Shown piece by piece: positions 17,401 through 20,000 of a stretch of 20,000 nucleotides of DNA. Made by a program: the position numbers and the translations under genes. The notes below the pieces were generated by a model, which saw only the letters and a list, made by a program, of their open reading frames with translations, did no database searches and was not told the origin of the DNA. Source of the DNA: an uncultured virus (IMG/VR IMGVR_UViG_3300031974_001836) (Duplodnaviria; Heunggongvirae; Uroviricota; Caudoviricetes); the IMG/VR virus record IMGVR_UViG_3300031974_001836. The stretch is one strand, 5' to 3'. Each line of letters opens with the position of its first letter. The first letter of the stretch is position 1.

Positions 17401-18895
17401 GTCTATAGGTTATCTCAAGTCTACCTTCTGGGTCATTCGGTATAGGATTCCAGTTGTAGTAGATGGTGCCCGTATAAAATCTTGAGTAGTTACCCTCGAA
17501 TGATAACCCGTCTGAGTAATTACGTTCGAATGTACTCGTACGTGTACTATTCCTTGTCGACAGTCGAGTGTATAGACCTTCATAGTCAACTGTTCTTACA
17601 TAGTCACCCGTGTACCCTATTGTCCTTGTGCTTGTTCTAGTATAAGTGCTAAGACGGGTATAGTCTCCGGTAAAGTCTCCGGTATAGTACCCTATTGTAT
17701 TACCAATAAAGTCACGGTTGAATCCTGTTGCAATATCAACGATTGACTGTCTGGTAAACGACCCTGTTCTTTCAATGGTTACATTATATGATGTAGTGTC
17801 ATTATAAGAGACAAACGTTGCTGTATGCGCAGACCCCGTAAATGTAGAAAAGTTTGCAGTAAAGTCTTTCTGTGCTACACCGTCTGACCCTGAGAGTCTG
17901 AATAATTTAACGTGATAATTGTTAGGTTCGTTAGTCGTTGCTATTAGACTAATCGATTGTCCTTCAATTATATTATCGACACTAGAGAATTGCAATGCTC
18001 CCTGTAGACTAGATTCCTCTTCGTTTTGTTGACTAGTTCCTGAAGAAGACCCTTCTAGTTTGGCCGCAAACAATGCGTTCAGGTTCCTGAAGTTTTGATA
18101 TATTTCTTGTAGACCTGACTCATCATAGTTAATTAAGATAGAGTCGTAATACCGAACCTGTGTAGTGCTGAACCCCAGTCCGTACAGATTAGTTGTAATT
18201 TGGTTGTCTTGAAAAGCACCACTAATAGCACCGGATAAAGACCATTCAATATTAATATAGCATCCAGCACTATGATTTAAAAACGGGTTGCCTAAGACGG
18301 TCCAGTTCTGACTTGGTGGTAGATAGGTTTCAATATTAAAAATATTATTGGTGATAAGTGCTCTGGAATCAAAAGCAATTCTACCCTGTGATGTCTTTAT
18401 CTGTAGACCATATTCATCGTCGTTTAACGCAGATGAATTTTCTATAATCTCTGCTGTCTCACGGACAATAAAGTAGTCCATGTCCACATCCCAATCAGCA
18501 GTCACATAGGTCTGGTTTAAATATCCACCATTGGTAAGTCCACGACCTTTGAATCTGTAGGTATTGCTTAGTGCATCACTTGCCGTTCGTGCTAGGAAAA
18601 ACACTTCAGGGTTTGAGATAGTAACGTCTTGCGTAGTCCCATTAAAATTGGTAATTGCGTCGGGTACAACTATTGGACCAAATCCGGTTCCAGTTAAATC
18701 TGGATTGTATCCGGTTGCGGTTGGACGTTTTACAAAGACAAAGTCTTCTTTGGTGAGTTCGGAATCTAAGGTAAACGAATGCCCACGACCTGCTGCTACA
18801 ACTCTGTAGTTAAGAAGATCGAGAGTAGTATCGGCAATAATGAAATTGTTACCGTTGCCGTCATTGCCTTGTACCTTTAGACCGTAGGTCATCAT
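14492..18895 (-). CDS. Second tetrapeptide-repeat fibre protein (1467 aa)
   Basis: N-terminal YGL.[VI]...G...[FA]D[ST] motif occurs twice. A Calx-beta-like domain is split by an approximately 860-aa repeat insertion that has a central domain. An Ig/FN3-like domain, a P/S/T linker and a C-terminal domain follow. ATGA overlap with the upstream stop. Confidence 0.88.
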   Translation of the reverse strand: MMTYGLKVQGNDGNGNNFIIADTTLDLLNYRVVAAGRGHSFTLDSELTKEDFVFVKRPTATGYNPDLTGTGFGPIVVPDAITNFNGTTQDVTISNPEVFFLARTASDALSNTYRFKGRGLTNGGYLNQTYVTADWDVDMDYFIVRETAEIIENSSALNDDEYGLQIKTSQGRIAFDSRALITNNIFNIETYLPPSQNWTVLGNPFLNHSAGCYINIEWSLSGAISGAFQDNQITTNLYGLGFSTTQVRYYDSILINYDESGLQEIYQNFRNLNALFAAKLEGSSSGTSQQNEEESSLQGALQFSSVDNIIEGQSISLIATTNEPNNYHVKLFRLSGSDGVAQKDFTANFSTFTGSAHTATFVSYNDTTSYNVTIERTGSFTRQSIVDIATGFNRDFIGNTIGYYTGDFTGDYTRLSTYTRTSTRTIGYTGDYVRTVDYEGLYTRLSTRNSTRTSTFERNYSDGLSFEGNYSRFYTGTIYYNWNPIPNDPEGRLEITYRPGTYTETYQRNRPSNYAGNYTRTRIPELSTSKTFTRTSTRTRLSAYNRVSSRTRVSSYQRQRPFDFTRTLTYTGNFLGNFIGDYVPQVNYGRYRYSITSTRQVPYQRISTRARLSTYDGTYARTRISAYTRTRGGTESTRTFVGNYQRGFVGNYTRTITYTGEFARTRTSSYANLVDYTRTRVESYEGGYSRTFVGNYSRNFEGNYSRTSTYSRTFVGNFTGNASYEGNYERTRTSTYERTRVSGSGSDPFLYSITNGNPQYVWRLARFVEGGFGDGRGDITYEYFIQLYYNGTLVYTSSAYDSMADARVSSIVGPVGGKYYHRGTLQTATTFVEDYKIAENTSTSTPTASQNFVGNYTRDFIGNYQRIRSVGGSSTRNRVSSYTGTLTYIGNYGRAYNGDYSRSYFGNYTRSFVGNVTKVSSRFIFDPDAGGMVEIFGYYTRNFVGENSRISTKTSGRVVTRYSTYLKNRVSTYTPGFLGNYERGFVSEYTGTYNRNFAGQYTGNYERTGIYTRIYTGDYVGASTRQVIIEGSVENHAVNYQRTSSRTSTRVRESVFSYAGTFTGNYNRDFGGNFEGNYQRSFVGDFIGDYTGTYSRSPSYEGNYEGNYSRNIVDSYSRYPISYYTRVSSRTDIRVTAFSRVLSFIGEYTGNFTGNYTRDFTDSRSYVRTPSYLGNYANYVPSTRNSTRTSTRDFIRTRTSSYSDGAKTYYTGEFIGNYTRTSTVSAGVGEMGWQGETFRAQLRTGNDTSSINEPMGSSNVEVLAEKEFTLYDNDSGIFATTSNRIVHPENDTTHQLSVTHLTEGSTPVSLRVYRDNALILTDVTVTSGLNNFTVNEIPPNGTSYTYDIKVFNGSQWITAGSYLVTTPVSVAPTSSDVNSEPPPQTTDTSNSGTWWRVSLVPSPEGEDLVTIQIRWNGTEVYFSEPLSGQSENDTTITTGGFTYTRGNYIETDYSGGPIMTYYQVTRS

Positions 18896-19296
18896 CCAAC
18901 CCTTATCGCAATAACGTCTATGGTTTTATATTCCCATAGTTCTTGTGGAAGGGGAGTGTGTAAATATCTAACATCTTGTAAAGACACCTGAATTCTATCA
19001 TTAGTCCAACCACTAGAAATACCTGTAGGAGAATCTTTACTGATTCTGGTAATATAAATTCGTGTGTAGTAATTTAGATTGGCAGGTTTTCTCACAAGAC
19101 TGACAATAATATTATTGGTGTCAGATGCGTCCGGACATTCAAGTAGGGTGGAGTCACTCGGCCAGGCAAGAGAAAATGTTTCTCTTAGTTGGATATTACT
19201 GGTTCTTATATTATCAGAGAATACGACTTCAGGTTGAACAAATGTACCATCCTCTTGCTCAATTTTAGGGCCGTATAGTTGGATACCATAACTCAT
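18892..19296 (-). CDS. Small tail-associated protein (MSYGIQ...VFSD N-terminus)
   Basis: 134 aa. Its N-terminus resembles the YGL motifs of the downstream 1467-aa protein, and the two genes are translationally coupled. Confidence 0.7.
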   Translation of the reverse strand: MSYGIQLYGPKIEQEDGTFVQPEVVFSDNIRTSNIQLRETFSLAWPSDSTLLECPDASDTNNIIVSLVRKPANLNYYTRIYITRISKDSPTGISSGWTNDRIQVSLQDVRYLHTPLPQELWEYKTIDVIAIRVG

Positions 19297-19304
19297 GGTG
19301 CCCC

Positions 19305-19709
19305 CTATGGTTTAGGTGGCCAAACAACTGACTCCAAATCAGAATAGTCTTGTGTGATATCACGAAGTGTTTGTCTGTACACGCTCCATTCTTCTCGTTG
19401 ACCGTCACTCAGACCATTGTCATCTAACCTAGTCCAGTCACATTCCTGAAGTTTAGTATTACGTGCCTGACGCAATTCTTCTATTTCGATCTGTGCGATA
19501 ACATCATCTGGATAAGGTGCTACAATTTGTGCTACAATATCATCAGATTCAATGTATTTGTTCAGAACAATTGCTCGTGTAGCATCATACTCTTCTTGCC
19601 ACGGAATAAAAAGTTTCCATGCTTCTGGTGATGGTACCACATTATTGGGAAAGGATTGAGGAGAACCCACTGGAATACCGTTATGTACTTTTATAAACTG
19701 TATGCTCAT
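19305..19709 (-). CDS. Phage tail (fibre) assembly chaperone, paralogue of 14011..14490
   Basis: Contains LRQARNTKLQECDWTRLDD..LS..QREEWSVYRQTLRDITQ.......VVWPPKP. AGGA RBS. Confidence 0.85.
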   Translation of the reverse strand: MSIQFIKVHNGIPVGSPQSFPNNVVPSPEAWKLFIPWQEEYDATRAIVLNKYIESDDIVAQIVAPYPDDVIAQIEIEELRQARNTKLQECDWTRLDDNGLSDGQREEWSVYRQTLRDITQDYSDLESVVWPPKP

Positions 19710-19721
19710 TTTAATTTCCTA

Positions 19722-20000
19722 TTAGGGTTCTATGCCACTGCCATTAAGATTGATGTCAAAAGTAACTGCGTCCCCGTTGGCATCCTCAAATCGACCAGTG
19801 TCCGGATTCCAAGAGAAAACACTATCATACAAAGTAGCAGTAGTCTCACCAGCAACCGACGCAACAGTATTGACAAACTCATTATATATAGCAGTTGCAT
19901 CAAGAGCACTCGTTCCACCATCGTCAGAACCACTAACGACCTGATTCGCAGACGATGTTGGATCATAAGCAGCTGCCGTTGAATCTGTTGTGCTTGCTAT
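19722..20000 (-). CDS. C-terminal 92 aa of an upstream, probably tail/virion, protein (5' end outside the window)
   Basis: Open frame from the window edge, IASTTDSTAAAYDPTSS...LYDSVFSWNPDTGRFEDANGDAVTFDINLNGSGIEP, ending at TAA 19724-19722. Absent from the ORF track. Confidence 0.75.
   Translation of the reverse strand: MASTTDSTAAAYDPTSSANQVVSGSDDGGTSALDATAIYNEFVNTVASVAGETTATLYDSVFSWNPDTGRFEDANGDAVTFDINLNGSGIEP

Noticed and set aside
14226..18809. Short ORFs nested in the chaperone and 1467-aa genes
   Set aside because: They overlap well-supported CDSs in other frames and show no recognisable protein features.
19656..19982. Three ORF-track ORFs at the right edge
   Set aside because: The real frame is the edge-truncated minus-strand CDS 19722..20000, which stops just before the next RBS.

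Overview
Late (virion structural) region of a T4-like myophage. All real genes lie on the minus strand, with three TATAAATA late promoters and tail-fibre-type motifs. Transcription order, right to left: a truncated upstream protein, a tail assembly chaperone, a 134-aa YG[IL] protein, a 1467-aa repeat fibre, a second chaperone, a 1571-aa repeat fibre, a terminator with a sigma70-like promoter, a hypothetical protein, a GT-A glycosyltransferase, a 2OG-Fe(II)-like oxygenase, three small virion proteins, and a >1812-aa segmented coiled-coil fibre that the ORF track missed because it runs off the left edge. The main finding is that the 1571-aa protein is a self-complementary 'protein hairpin'. It has two arms of exactly 606 aa made of tetrapeptides, placed in mirror image around a 75-aa tip domain. 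The register skips mirror each other, and a strict cross-arm pairing code holds (RxS/Tx opposite FxGx, RxAx opposite YxGx, SxRx opposite F/YxGx). The 1467-aa protein follows the same code, with its hairpin inserted into a Calx-beta-like domain. The structural reading (a giant antiparallel beta-hairpin fibre) is inference, and all counts were done by hand from the supplied translations.
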